Shown: positions 1-7,952 of the stretch, piece after piece
Numbering within the stretch: the first letter of the stretch is position 1
Layout: each line of letters begins with the position of its first letter
Virus record (IMG/VR): IMGVR_UViG_3300045988_164636
Span: 1-64,000 of that record
Reading direction: 5' to 3' (one strand)
Origin: a virus
Length of the DNA: 64,000 bases
Program-made: the position numbers and the translations under genes
The notes under the pieces: generated by a model
Told to the model about the DNA's origin: nothing
Database searches by the model: none
What the model saw: the letters and a program-made list of their open reading frames with translations, nothing else

Positions 1-111
1 CAGTACAAGTTATATATAACTAACTTTAGCAAGTTAAAGTGCTAAAGTAAGCCCTATATATAATACCTATTTAAAAGAAAAAAGGCACTTTAACACTTTA
101 AAGTGTTAAAA

Positions 112-180
112 AAAAATCCCAATGAAAAAATTTTTAAAAACCTATTGACAAACAAAAAAATCTGTGATAGAATATAGACA
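112..180 (+). repeat. 69-nt promoter cassette, copy 1 of a tandem duplication
   Basis: String AAAAATCCCAATGAAAAAATTTTTAAAAACCTATTGACAAACAAAAAAATCTGTGATAGAATATAGACA occurs identically at 112-180 and 199-267. Confidence 0.9.
145..173 (+). promoter_or_regulatory. early promoter TTGACA-17-TGaTAGAAT
   Basis: -35 at 145-150, TG at 165-166, -10 at 168-173, 17-nt spacer. Confidence 0.7.
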
Positions 181-198
181 GTCAATCAGGCGAACGGA

Positions 199-267
199 AA
201 AAATCCCAATGAAAAAATTTTTAAAAACCTATTGACAAACAAAAAAATCTGTGATAGAATATAGACA
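199..267 (+). repeat. 69-nt promoter cassette, copy 2
   Basis: Identical to 112-180; period 87 nt. Confidence 0.9.
232..260 (+). promoter_or_regulatory. early promoter (duplicate of 145-173)
   Basis: Same sequence inside repeat copy 2. Confidence 0.7.
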
Positions 268-330
268 AGCAAGAAAAACACGGTTAAGCCGAAACCACCG
301 AAAAGTGTTTCGGGGAAAAGGATATCTACA

Positions 331-672
331 ATGTATACGATAATCAATTCGTTAATCGCAAGCGTAAAGCCCATAACCGCTGAATACTCACCTGACGCTT
401 TAAGCCGTCTCGTAGACTTAGAAAAAATCGCTGACGATTATGCAAGCTATGACTATATCGACACACGCTATAGCGATATGTCGGAAATTGACGAAATAAT
501 GGATAGTCTTATAAGCGACCTTGAGAACGATTTTTACACCGATACCGGTATATATGACAAGTCAAACGCTGATAAAGTTATCAATACTGTATATGATATT
601 TTTACCGCATTTGCAAGTTGGACGGACGACATGTCAAGCAATAGCCATTCTGTAAGTTTTTGGAACGCATAA
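331..672 (+). CDS. hypothetical early protein, strongly acidic (D/E/Y-rich)
   Basis: 113-aa ORF directly downstream of the duplicated promoters; no recognisable family. Confidence 0.6.
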   Translation: MYTIINSLIASVKPITAEYSPDALSRLVDLEKIADDYASYDYIDTRYSDMSEIDEIMDSLISDLENDFYTDTGIYDKSNADKVINTVYDIFTAFASWTDDMSSNSHSVSFWNA

Positions 673-678
673 CGGTTA

Positions 679-783
679 ATAGGTTTTCTAAAGGGTTTTG
701 TACCTTAAACAAGCCCTATTCCATAGGCTTTATGCCTTATATCTAATAGCCGAAGGGCTTTGCACTGGAAGGACTTTACTATG
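679..783 (+). promoter_or_regulatory. structured 5' leader, copy 1 (three hairpins)
   Basis: About 105-nt leader repeated at 1079-1184; hairpins AGGGTT/AAGCCCT, AGGC/GCCT and AGCC-GAAG-GGCT, then RBS GGAAGGA. Confidence 0.55.
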
Positions 784-1065
784 ACAGTATACGAAAAAAT
801 GGACGTTATCGTCCGCACGCATGATGCTTATATCGATAGCGTCAACGAAAAAATCAACAGTCACGCTATCTTGACGGATGCCTTCCGTAAAGAAATTATC
901 AAGACTGTAAATGCCTTCGATAATGAGCTTAGACAGCAGGACAGGGAATTATCCCTGCTGGCTACAACGGAACAGGCGGAAAATATGGCTGACAGTTTTT
1001 CTTACAAGATTGTTGAGTATTACGCTGACAAGTACGAAAAATTCTTGAAATACCTTGACGATTAA
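781..1065 (+). CDS. hypothetical early protein (paralog of 1182-1472)
   Basis: Start moved to ATG 781 (MTVYEKM) after GGAAGGA; N-terminus aligns with MTIYEKM of the next gene. Confidence 0.65.
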   Translation: MTVYEKMDVIVRTHDAYIDSVNEKINSHAILTDAFRKEIIKTVNAFDNELRQQDRELSLLATTEQAENMADSFSYKIVEYYADKYEKFLKYLDD

Positions 1066-1078
1066 AATATAATATTCT

Positions 1079-1184
1079 ATAGGTTTTCTGAAGGTTTGTA
1101 CCTTAAAACAAGCCTATCCCATATGGGACTTATTCCCAAATATTTTATAGCCGAAGGGCTTTATACTGGAAGGACTTTACTATG
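1079..1184 (+). promoter_or_regulatory. structured 5' leader, copy 2
   Basis: Same architecture as 679-783; the second hairpin has a different sequence (TGGGA/TCCCA) but still pairs. Confidence 0.55.
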
Positions 1185-1472
1185 ACTATCTATGAGAAAA
1201 TGCATGCAATTGTTGCCTATTACAGCAATACGGTTTTACCGTATATCAATGAGCAGGTTGCAAAAGTAAGCACAATGACGGAACAGGATAAAGACGATAC
1301 TACAACGGATATAAATAATTTAATGTATCCCGTTGAGAACGCCTATAAAGATTTATTGCATTTATGCAATAATAACCGTGAAATCAATGTTGTTGACGCA
1401 TTCAAGGATGAAATGCTGTCATTACTGATTGATGATGCGTATGAGATAACAGAACGTTATTTCACGGAATGA
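1182..1472 (+). CDS. hypothetical early protein (paralog of 781-1065)
   Basis: 96-aa ORF with the same leader and RBS as its paralog. Confidence 0.65.
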   Translation: MTIYEKMHAIVAYYSNTVLPYINEQVAKVSTMTEQDKDDTTTDINNLMYPVENAYKDLLHLCNNNREINVVDAFKDEMLSLLIDDAYEITERYFTE

Positions 1473-1488
1473 CTTAAACGGTAAATAT

Positions 1489-1527
1489 ACCGCCCTTGAA
1501 ATAAAATACAAGGGCGGTTATTTTTTT
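1489..1527 (+). terminator. rho-independent terminator
   Basis: ACCGCCCTTG / CAAGGGCGGT stem followed by a T7 run. Confidence 0.85.
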
Positions 1528-1539
1528 GTAATACCATAT

Positions 1540-2060
1540 AAGACAGGATATTATACTAACTATAATACTATACAATCTAAGGTGCTATACTGATTATAAT
1601 ACTATACTGTCATAATATTATGATTAGTATAGTATTTTTTATTATTATATGGTCATATCAAATATTTAAAAATAGTTATATTATACATTGTATAATACTA
1701 TATCGAGTATATGTTATGCGGCGGGGTGTATACTATAGTATACCTAATATTCCTTTCCGCCGTCTTATATAAAGTTAATATATGTTTATATCACACCTTT
1801 TATGGTAAAAAGTCCTAAAACCCGATACTATATGAAATCAAATACTATATGAAATATATCATATATTAAAGTATGTAAAAATGCGTCGGCGCGAATACCT
1901 CTGATCAGCGCCGCTTTTTGCAATGCAATATTATACATAGCAAAATATTATATGGTTAAAGTTATAGGTTAAATATATATGAAAATCCTAGTACTTTGCT
2001 ATGTATAATATTACATTACAAAATATTATCATTTTAAAATATCTTACATGGTAATACATT
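1540..2060. repeat. AT-rich ORF-free region packed with AATACTATA boxes and dyad symmetries
   Basis: Boxes at 1564, 1598, 1625(rev), 1694, 1728-1743 (palindrome), 1824, 1841; inverted repeat AATATTATACATAGCAAA 1927-1944 / 1994-2011. Confidence 0.7.
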
Positions 2061-2234
2061 GCTCCAACCCGGTGCACTTCACCACGCTAAAGTGCTAAAG
2101 CATTTTTTGTGAAAAATTTAACAAAGTAAAAATCTCGCAAAAATCCCAAAACCATACTTTATTTTAAAAATATTGCGGAAGTAGGTTAGTGTAAACTAAT
2201 TTGGTTGACGTTTTGCAAGTTAGGGTAGGCTAAT

Positions 2235-2251
2235 CTTGCAAGCCTTGCAAG
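2235..2251. promoter_or_regulatory. two adjacent CTTGCAAG palindromes (operator-like)
   Basis: CTTGCAAG at 2235-2242 and 2244-2251, half-sites TTGCAAG at 2213 and CTTGCAA at 2266, just upstream of the -35 at 2282. Confidence 0.45.
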
Positions 2252-2281
2252 AAAATTTTTTAAAACTTGCAAAAAAAAAGC

Positions 2282-2310
2282 TTGACTTTTAAGCTCGGAT
2301 GTGTTATAAT
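2282..2310 (+). promoter_or_regulatory. early promoter TTGACT-17-TGtTATAAT
   Basis: -35 at 2282-2287, -10 at 2305-2310, TG at 2302-2303. Confidence 0.75.
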
Positions 2311-2368
2311 ATAATCAAGGAGTTAAGGCAACACCAAATTAACCGCCTTAACAAGAAAGGATTTAGTA

Positions 2369-2617
2369 ATGGATGAAAGAATTAAGGTTGAACAGAACTT
2401 ATTAAAGTATCTTGAATGGTATCACGATATAGATACAGAAAATGGTTATACTATATCAATCACACCTATAAGAGAATATTTGGATAAGGTTCTTTTTACA
2501 GGCTGGGAAGAAGTGGAAAAATTCATGGCAGCAATGACTGATTGCAATATGCCTTATGAAAATCAGGTTGAAATGATGAAAGCAATGGCAAAAGGTATTG
2601 AACTCTGGAATATCTAA
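2369..2617 (+). CDS. hypothetical early protein
   Basis: 82-aa ORF, RBS AAAGGA, behind promoter 2282. Confidence 0.6.
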   Translation: MDERIKVEQNLLKYLEWYHDIDTENGYTISITPIREYLDKVLFTGWEEVEKFMAAMTDCNMPYENQVEMMKAMAKGIELWNI

Positions 2618-2662
2618 GCAAAATGCACAAAAGCGGAATTGAATATTTAGTGAATATGACTA

Positions 2663-2691
2663 TTGACAATTCCGCTTGAATGTGCTATAAT
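2663..2691 (+). promoter_or_regulatory. early promoter TTGACA-17-TGcTATAAT
   Basis: -35 at 2663-2668, -10 at 2686-2691. Confidence 0.75.
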
Positions 2692-2723
2692 ATAGGTACA
2701 GTAAATGAAAGGAATTAATTCAT

Positions 2724-3032
2724 ATGATTAATGTAAGAACTTTAAAGAACCTTAAGGAAAATGACGGGCTGACACTTAAAAAAGGCAAGAGAATAACCTA
2801 TAAAACAGGTTGGCAGGTTGCCACAGAAGGAATTGAAACTACAGACCCATATGTAGCAATAAAAGCTGTAAAAGAATATGGCGGAGATTGTGGTATTTGG
2901 TTTTCAAATGGTATTTACTATATAGACAAGAGCCACAGAGAAAGTACAAAAACTAAAGCAATGGAAATTGGTAGGGCTTGTAAACAGATTTCAATTTTAA
3001 AGTGGGCGAATATGAGTTTGGCATATTGCTAA
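2724..3032 (+). CDS. hypothetical early protein
   Basis: 102-aa ORF, RBS AAAGGA. Confidence 0.6.
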   Translation: MINVRTLKNLKENDGLTLKKGKRITYKTGWQVATEGIETTDPYVAIKAVKEYGGDCGIWFSNGIYYIDKSHRESTKTKAMEIGRACKQISILKWANMSLAYC

Positions 3033-3039
3033 ACAGGCA

Positions 3040-3070
3040 GGGCGGTGAAAAATCCGCCCCCCCCTTTTTG
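3040..3070 (+). terminator. rho-independent terminator
   Basis: GGGCGG-TGAAAAAT-CCGCCC hairpin followed by a T run. Confidence 0.75.
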
Positions 3071-3227
3071 TCCGGACGTGCCGTTACCTCCAGCAATGGC
3101 ACGTTCAAGCCTTCCAATATATTGATAAGGCAAATATTTTATTTTAAAAGTATTATAGTCAAAATAGCAAAAAAATCCCGAAAAAGTCGAAAATTTTTGT
3201 GCAAAGTGACAAAAATGCTTAAACCTA

Positions 3228-3256
3228 TTGACTTTCACCTATAGATGTGATATAAT
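3228..3256 (+). promoter_or_regulatory. early promoter TTGACT-17-TGaTATAAT
   Basis: -35 at 3228-3233, -10 at 3251-3256; AAAAATCCCGAAAAA box at about 3172. Confidence 0.75.
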
Positions 3257-3292
3257 ATAAGAATAGTCAAGAGATACTACAGAGAGGAAAAT

Positions 3293-3574
3293 TTGAATAT
3301 GTTAAATTTTGATTTTAATGCTATTGTAGGTTATAACAGCTATGATAAGGAAAAGCTCGCAGTTGAACAGCTTGCCTGCTATATATTCTCTCTTGCGGAT
3401 GTTATTGTCAATGATACATATACAGAAGATGAATATTTAAAGATGAATGAATGGGAACGGAATTCCGCCGTTTGTCAAATTCGACAGGATATATTAGATA
3501 ATATCCTTGATGGAAAAGATGAAAACAAGATAACAGATAAAAAAACTTTTATGAAATTTTGGGAAAATGCTTGA
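3293..3574 (+). CDS. hypothetical early protein
   Basis: 93-aa ORF (TTG 3293 or ATG 3299), RBS AGAGGAAA; its stop codon lies inside the next -35 box. Confidence 0.55.
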   Translation: MNMLNFDFNAIVGYNSYDKEKLAVEQLACYIFSLADVIVNDTYTEDEYLKMNEWERNSAVCQIRQDILDNILDGKDENKITDKKTFMKFWENA

Positions 3575-3599
3575 CAAATTGAAAAAAATATGTTATAAT
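3571..3599 (+). promoter_or_regulatory. early promoter TTGACA-17-TGtTATAAT
   Basis: -35 at 3571-3576, -10 at 3594-3599. Confidence 0.75.
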
Positions 3600-3654
3600 A
3601 TAAATACAGTAAGAGAGATGGTAAACTCTTAAAAACATAGAAAAGGATTTATTT

Positions 3655-3843
3655 ATGGAACAGAGAATAATGACAGTAGTATTAACAAATGGTGAAAAGA
3701 GAACAAGCGTAGATACTAATATTATGGTTCTCATTAATAAGTATTTTGATATGTTATATTGTGAAAAGCATATTATCGGCTGCACAATTAAAACGCCTAC
3801 AGGATTTACACTTGCAGCATTTCGTGGTACACATAAGATATAA
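3655..3843 (+). CDS. hypothetical early protein
   Basis: 62-aa ORF, RBS AAAAGGA. Confidence 0.5.
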   Translation: MEQRIMTVVLTNGEKRTSVDTNIMVLINKYFDMLYCEKHIIGCTIKTPTGFTLAAFRGTHKI

Positions 3844-3856
3844 AGGGGGATTTAAA

Positions 3857-4015
3857 ATGAGAGAAACAATGCTTGATAACTTAATCAAAAGATATGGATT
3901 TGAAAATGATAAGGTAATAGAGTTTGCTCAGGTAATTGAGCGAACCCCACATAATTGGTTGTGGGATAAGATAGTATTAACTATCTATAAAGAATATATG
4001 AGTACATCGGAATAA
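3857..4015 (+). CDS. hypothetical early protein (52 aa)
   Basis: Start moved from 3746 to ATG 3857, which follows RBS AAAGGGGGA. Confidence 0.5.
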   Translation: MRETMLDNLIKRYGFENDKVIEFAQVIERTPHNWLWDKIVLTIYKEYMSTSE

Positions 4016-4029
4016 ATCCTTTCAGTAGG

Positions 4030-4058
4030 ACGGCGGAATAAAATCCGCCGTTCTTTTA
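4030..4058 (+). terminator. rho-independent terminator
   Basis: ACGGCGGA / TCCGCCGT stem followed by a T run. Confidence 0.75.
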
Positions 4059-4241
4059 TATTATCAATACTATACAAAGTCAATAATAGACAAACTTCTC
4101 GACGTGCGGATTTCTATTAAATCCGCACGTTTTCCTCTCCAAAATAATAGACGAGCCAATATTTTTATTTGAAAATATCTTAGGTTGCATAGTATGCAAA
4201 ATCCCAAAAAAGGCGACCGCATTTTTGTGCAATTTTTCTTC

Positions 4242-4270
4242 TTGACAATTTAAAATTTTTGTGGTATAAT
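4242..4270 (+). promoter_or_regulatory. early promoter TTGACA-17-TGgTATAAT (no ORF before the next promoter)
   Basis: -35 at 4242-4247, -10 at 4265-4270. Confidence 0.7.
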
Positions 4271-4339
4271 ATAGATACAGAAAAGGGAAAGAGAGAAAAA
4301 AGAAAAAATAAAAATCCCGAAAAAAATTCTCAAAATCCC

Positions 4340-4368
4340 TTGACAATATCACTTAAATGTGATATAAT
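4340..4368 (+). promoter_or_regulatory. early promoter TTGACA-17-TGaTATAAT
   Basis: -35 at 4340-4345, -10 at 4363-4368. Confidence 0.75.
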
Positions 4369-4438
4369 ATAAGAGTACCAAAAAGGTACAGAAAAATTTT
4401 AACCGCCTTTAAAGGCAGAAATGGAGTTGTTACACATT

Positions 4439-4798
4439 ATGGCAGAATTAAAGATTACTAAGAAGGATATGTTCGCAGAATTGAAGGCAATGGCTGAAAC
4501 TGCGGGTAGAGATGACCTTGTCAAGTTTATCAATCACGAACTGGAATTACTTGCCAAGAAGTCAAGCAAGAGAGTTAAGCCTGAGAATGAGGAAATGTAC
4601 AAGGAAGTAATTACTACACTTGCTACTTTTGATAAGCCTGTTACAGTAAGTGAAATCCTTGCAAGCGGAATGCTTGACATTGCAAAGTATTCAAATCAGC
4701 GTATTGCCGCATTATTAAAGAAGGGTATTGAAAATGACGAGGTAGTCAAGGTTACAGATAAGAAGAAGTCGCTGTTTTCTATCAAGAGCGAGGAATAA
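4439..4798 (+). CDS. winged-helix-like early protein, family copy 1
   Basis: Start at MAELK (GGAG 10 nt upstream); paralogs at 10182, 19678 and (C-terminal part) 62885; acidic tail. Confidence 0.65.
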   Translation: MAELKITKKDMFAELKAMAETAGRDDLVKFINHELELLAKKSSKRVKPENEEMYKEVITTLATFDKPVTVSEILASGMLDIAKYSNQRIAALLKKGIENDEVVKVTDKKKSLFSIKSEE

Positions 4799-4848
4799 TT
4801 CTCACAGGGTGGGCGAAATTCCCACCCCCTATTTAAAGGGGGTATTTA

Positions 4849-5307
4849 ATGATTAGTGCAGAAGAAAAAGAAAAATCAATTCTTAACTATATGCAAACTT
4901 TATCTTTAACAAGAGAAGAAGCAGAACAGTTATGGAATGATGATAATTCAGATGAACTTTTACCAGAACAACAAGAACTGGAAGAAAAAGCAAAAAAGAA
5001 TTTAAAGCGACAGTATGAAATCAATCCCGATAAAGTGCGGAAAAAGGTTGAAAAGGAAAGAAAAGTCAATCTCACCAAAAAAATGTTGCTTGAGAATTTT
5101 GCAGAAACCCTTGAATGTTTAAACATTACAGAGTATACAACATTTACTGAAACTGAAATTGATTTTAAGTATAATGATAAAATATATACTTTAAAATTAA
5201 CAGAACATAAAAAGGGGTGGAACAGAGAAGAAGTTTTAAAGAAACAGATGAAACTTGATAAGTCTAAATTTGCAAATGAAAATAAAGAAAGGAAAATAGA
5301 AATATGA
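4849..5307 (+). CDS. hypothetical protein (paralog of 10609-11010)
   Basis: Shared LTR[ED]EA-x3-W-x-DDN motif and the same position after the wHTH gene. Confidence 0.6.
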   Translation: MISAEEKEKSILNYMQTLSLTREEAEQLWNDDNSDELLPEQQELEEKAKKNLKRQYEINPDKVRKKVEKERKVNLTKKMLLENFAETLECLNITEYTTFTETEIDFKYNDKIYTLKLTEHKKGWNREEVLKKQMKLDKSKFANENKERKIEI

Positions 5308-5510
5308 CTGTTTGGGTATTATATGATGAAATAACTAATTCAGACGGTTTTTCCATAGAAGTTTTTTCAACAAAAGAAAAAGCCTACGCTCGTATAATAT
5401 CACGTTTAAATTATGAAGATTACCCCGAAACCTCAAAAGAAGAATTGATAAATTATATACTAGCTGATGATTTTGAAGGACTGGCTGTCCTTGAAAAGGA
5501 GATAATATGA
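5304..5510 (+). CDS. hypothetical small protein (paralog of 5507-5716)
   Basis: ATGA overlap; both paralogs end in EKEII. Confidence 0.55.
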   Translation: MTVWVLYDEITNSDGFSIEVFSTKEKAYARIISRLNYEDYPETSKEELINYILADDFEGLAVLEKEII

Positions 5511-5716
5511 AAATATATATAGTGGTAGATGACGAAGAAGAACTTGAAGATATGAAAGTATTTTCAAATAAAACTGAAGCAGAAGATTATATGGTAGATT
5601 ACATCTTCAAATGTTATGATACAGAAGTAATACCTTCAAGAGAAGATGTAAGAACATATATACGGGATTATGGATTTTTTGAGGCGATATATTTAATAGA
5701 AAAGGAGATAATATAA
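5507..5716 (+). CDS. hypothetical small protein
   Basis: 69-aa ORF translationally coupled to the previous gene. Confidence 0.55.
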   Translation: MKIYIVVDDEEELEDMKVFSNKTEAEDYMVDYIFKCYDTEVIPSREDVRTYIRDYGFFEAIYLIEKEII

Positions 5717-5717
5717 T

Positions 5718-5915
5718 ATGTATGCTTTAGTTATAGACGGTTGTGATAGTGTAGATATTGCGGAAGATATTGATACTTTACTTGCACAGTATACCGATAA
5801 AGAAGTAAAAGCAGTATTAAAATATGGTATATACTATGAAGTATATGCAAAAGATGAATATAGTGACAATTTTATTTCTACTGGAGATTATATACTTAAA
5901 GCAATAATGAGATAA
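5718..5915 (+). CDS. hypothetical small protein
   Basis: 65-aa ORF, RBS AAGGAGA. Confidence 0.55.
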   Translation: MYALVIDGCDSVDIAEDIDTLLAQYTDKEVKAVLKYGIYYEVYAKDEYSDNFISTGDYILKAIMR

Positions 5916-5922
5916 TACATAT

Positions 5923-5955
5923 AAGGCGGAAATACCTAATCCGCCTTTATATTTT
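5923..5955 (+). terminator. rho-independent terminator
   Basis: AAGGCGGA / TCCGCCTT stem followed by a T-rich tail. Confidence 0.75.
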
Positions 5956-6118
5956 ATTTTCAATACTATACAAAGTCAATGATTGCCCGGTCGCAGCATT
6001 TTCTACGGCAATGCTGCGTTTTCACGTCCGCAATCATTGACTCAACAAATATTTTATAAAAAAAGTATTATATAAAAAATAGTAAAAAATCCCGCAACAG
6101 ATTTGTGCAATTTGACTA

Positions 6119-6147
6119 TTGATTTCTTTTTCATCTTGTGATATAAT
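6119..6147 (+). promoter_or_regulatory. early promoter TTGATT-17-TGaTATAAT (no ORF before the next promoter)
   Basis: -35 at 6119-6124, -10 at 6142-6147. Confidence 0.65.
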
Positions 6148-6214
6148 ATAAGAGTAGTCAAGAGAGATAAGAATTAAAAGAACAAATAAAAGTTTGAAAA
6201 ATTCAAAAAACCTC

Positions 6215-6243
6215 TTGACAAATGATATAAAATGTGTTATAAT
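6215..6243 (+). promoter_or_regulatory. early promoter TTGACA-17-TGtTATAAT
   Basis: -35 at 6215-6220, -10 at 6238-6243. Confidence 0.75.
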
Positions 6244-6296
6244 ATAATCAAGATAAAGAGCTGATAAACTTTAAAAACAGAGAAAAGGATTTAAAT

Positions 6297-6401
6297 ATGA
6301 AAAAATTTTTTGATGAAGTTACTCTTGTTGATATAATCTATGCTACTGTACTATTAATAATAACAGGGGTAGTTTTCTATTTATATTTTATATCTTTTTA
6401 A
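6297..6401 (+). CDS. 34-aa single-TM peptide
   Basis: ATG after AAAAGGA; hydrophobic core IIYATVLLIITGVVFYLYF; too short for the ORF track. Confidence 0.45.
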   Translation: MKKFFDEVTLVDIIYATVLLIITGVVFYLYFISF

Positions 6402-6424
6402 TTAAAGTACAAGTAAATGAAATA

Positions 6425-6676
6425 ATGGGAGTTTTAATCATAATGAAGAATGAAAAATTTTGGGAATTTATTAATTACCTTTGTCTTGCTGGATTAATTA
6501 TAGGTCAAATCACCATTGGTTTTATGTTTTATGTAGGACAAATAATATACTTTATAACAGATATACTTATCTTAATAAGAGTATTTGCTTGTAAGTACCC
6601 TTTAAGTGAAAAAATTAAGAATATAGCACTTACCGCAATTTGTTTAGGTGTTTTAATAGTAAAAATATTTTATTAA
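6425..6676 (+). CDS. small membrane protein (2-3 TM)
   Basis: 83-aa hydrophobic ORF; alternative start ATG 6443 after GGGAG. Confidence 0.55.
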   Translation: MGVLIIMKNEKFWEFINYLCLAGLIIGQITIGFMFYVGQIIYFITDILILIRVFACKYPLSEKIKNIALTAICLGVLIVKIFY

Positions 6677-6691
6677 AAGGAGTTTGATTTT

Positions 6692-6796
6692 ATGATAAAA
6701 GTAAATGGTAGAGAAATGACAAAAGAACAGTTCCGTAATTATATTCTTGCGGAGATGAAGAAAATACGGGAAGAAAAAAAGGAGAAAAAAATATGA
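6692..6796 (+). CDS. 34-aa basic peptide
   Basis: RBS AAAGGAG; ATGA overlap with the next gene. Confidence 0.4.
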   Translation: MIKVNGREMTKEQFRNYILAEMKKIREEKKEKKI

Positions 6797-7026
6797 GAGA
6801 AATAAAAAAGTTTATATCTGTTGATAATAAAGAGTTCGATACTGAAAAGGAATGTGCAGATTATGAACAGAAAATGTTAGATTACATAAACAGTAATCTT
6901 GTATTTACCGAATGTTCGTCTTGTCAATATCATGCTCTTTGCAATTATTTATTTGAAAAGAAGATATGTTATGTAAGTCTTTGTGATTTTATAAAGGAAA
7001 AAACAATGGGGGAATTTAATAAATGA
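6793..7026 (+). CDS. hypothetical Cys-rich small protein
   Basis: 77-aa ORF, RBS AAGGAGA. Confidence 0.55.
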   Translation: MREIKKFISVDNKEFDTEKECADYEQKMLDYINSNLVFTECSSCQYHALCNYLFEKKICYVSLCDFIKEKTMGEFNK

Positions 7027-7247
7027 AAGAAATATATATTGTATTTGGCGAAGATGATTGTGCATTTTGTTGTTCAAATAGAGATACTTTATGGCAAAAA
7101 TTATCTGAATTATTTGGTGGAGCAAGAGTTAGGCTAAATCCGACCGCCATAGATGATTACATTGATTTTTTTGATGAATATACTCACGAGTGGTGTTCAT
7201 CAAATGTACATTATGAAGTAATACGTTGTTACGGGTGCGATGAATAG
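7023..7247 (+). CDS. hypothetical small protein
   Basis: 74-aa ORF, ATGA overlap. Confidence 0.55.
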   Translation: MKEIYIVFGEDDCAFCCSNRDTLWQKLSELFGGARVRLNPTAIDDYIDFFDEYTHEWCSSNVHYEVIRCYGCDE

Positions 7248-7409
7248 TCGCACTTTTATTTTTACTTTAACACTTTAACACTTTAGCGTGGTGAAGTTGC
7301 GGGCGGTTTAGATTAGTGTCCGCCCGATTTGTGCAATCTGCACAAAAACACGCACTTTTTTCACTGAAATTTTGGTCATTTTGACAACAAGCAAATTTCC
7401 TAAAACCTA

Positions 7410-7438
7410 TTGACAAATTTAATTTTTTGTGTTATAAT
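7410..7438 (+). promoter_or_regulatory. early promoter TTGACA-17-TGtTATAAT
   Basis: -35 at 7410-7415, -10 at 7433-7438. Confidence 0.75.
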
Positions 7439-7470
7439 ATAAGTACAGTAAAGGAAAGGAATAAAACGAA

Positions 7471-7626
7471 ATGGTTAAATGCAATTACTGTGGAAGTACC
7501 GCTCAGGTAAAATTTGTAAAAGAAGAAGAAAAAAAGGATTATATTGTAAAATATTACAAGTGCGGTTGCGGAAATAAAATTTCAATTACTTTTAAAAAAA
7601 CACTTGACAAATCCACAAAAGTATGA
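7471..7626 (+). CDS. 51-aa zinc-ribbon protein
   Basis: CxxC at the N-terminus and CGC near residue 31; RBS AAAGGAAAGGA; the next promoter lies inside its 3' end. Confidence 0.5.
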   Translation: MVKCNYCGSTAQVKFVKEEEKKDYIVKYYKCGCGNKISITFKKTLDKSTKV

Positions 7627-7632
7627 TATAAT
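7604..7632 (+). promoter_or_regulatory. early promoter TTGACA-17-TGaTATAAT
   Basis: -35 at 7604-7609, -10 at 7627-7632. Confidence 0.75.
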
Positions 7633-7686
7633 ATAATCAAGATAAGGGAGCTGATAAACCGACAGAACAGAGAAAAGGAACTAAAT

Positions 7687-7938
7687 ATGATGAAGAATAA
7701 GAATTTATGGGTAGTTTCTATAAGCCGTTGTCCGAAATATGTAACTACAACAAAAGAAAAGGCTCTTGAATTGTTAAAAAACTATCTTGAAGAACATATT
7801 GAAGAAATTGAAGAAAAATATTATGGTAAAGAAGATATAGAAATGATTATGACCGAAGTTGAAAAATATAATGACTTCATAGAAAATGTATGTCAAGATT
7901 ATTCTTGTGCAATAGACGAAGTTCTTTATGAAGATTAA
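7687..7938 (+). CDS. hypothetical acidic small protein
   Basis: 83-aa ORF behind the shared leader ATAAGGGAGCTGATAAACCGACA. Confidence 0.55.
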   Translation: MMKNKNLWVVSISRCPKYVTTTKEKALELLKNYLEEHIEEIEEKYYGKEDIEMIMTEVEKYNDFIENVCQDYSCAIDEVLYED

Positions 7939-7952
7939 GGAGGAATAATTAT

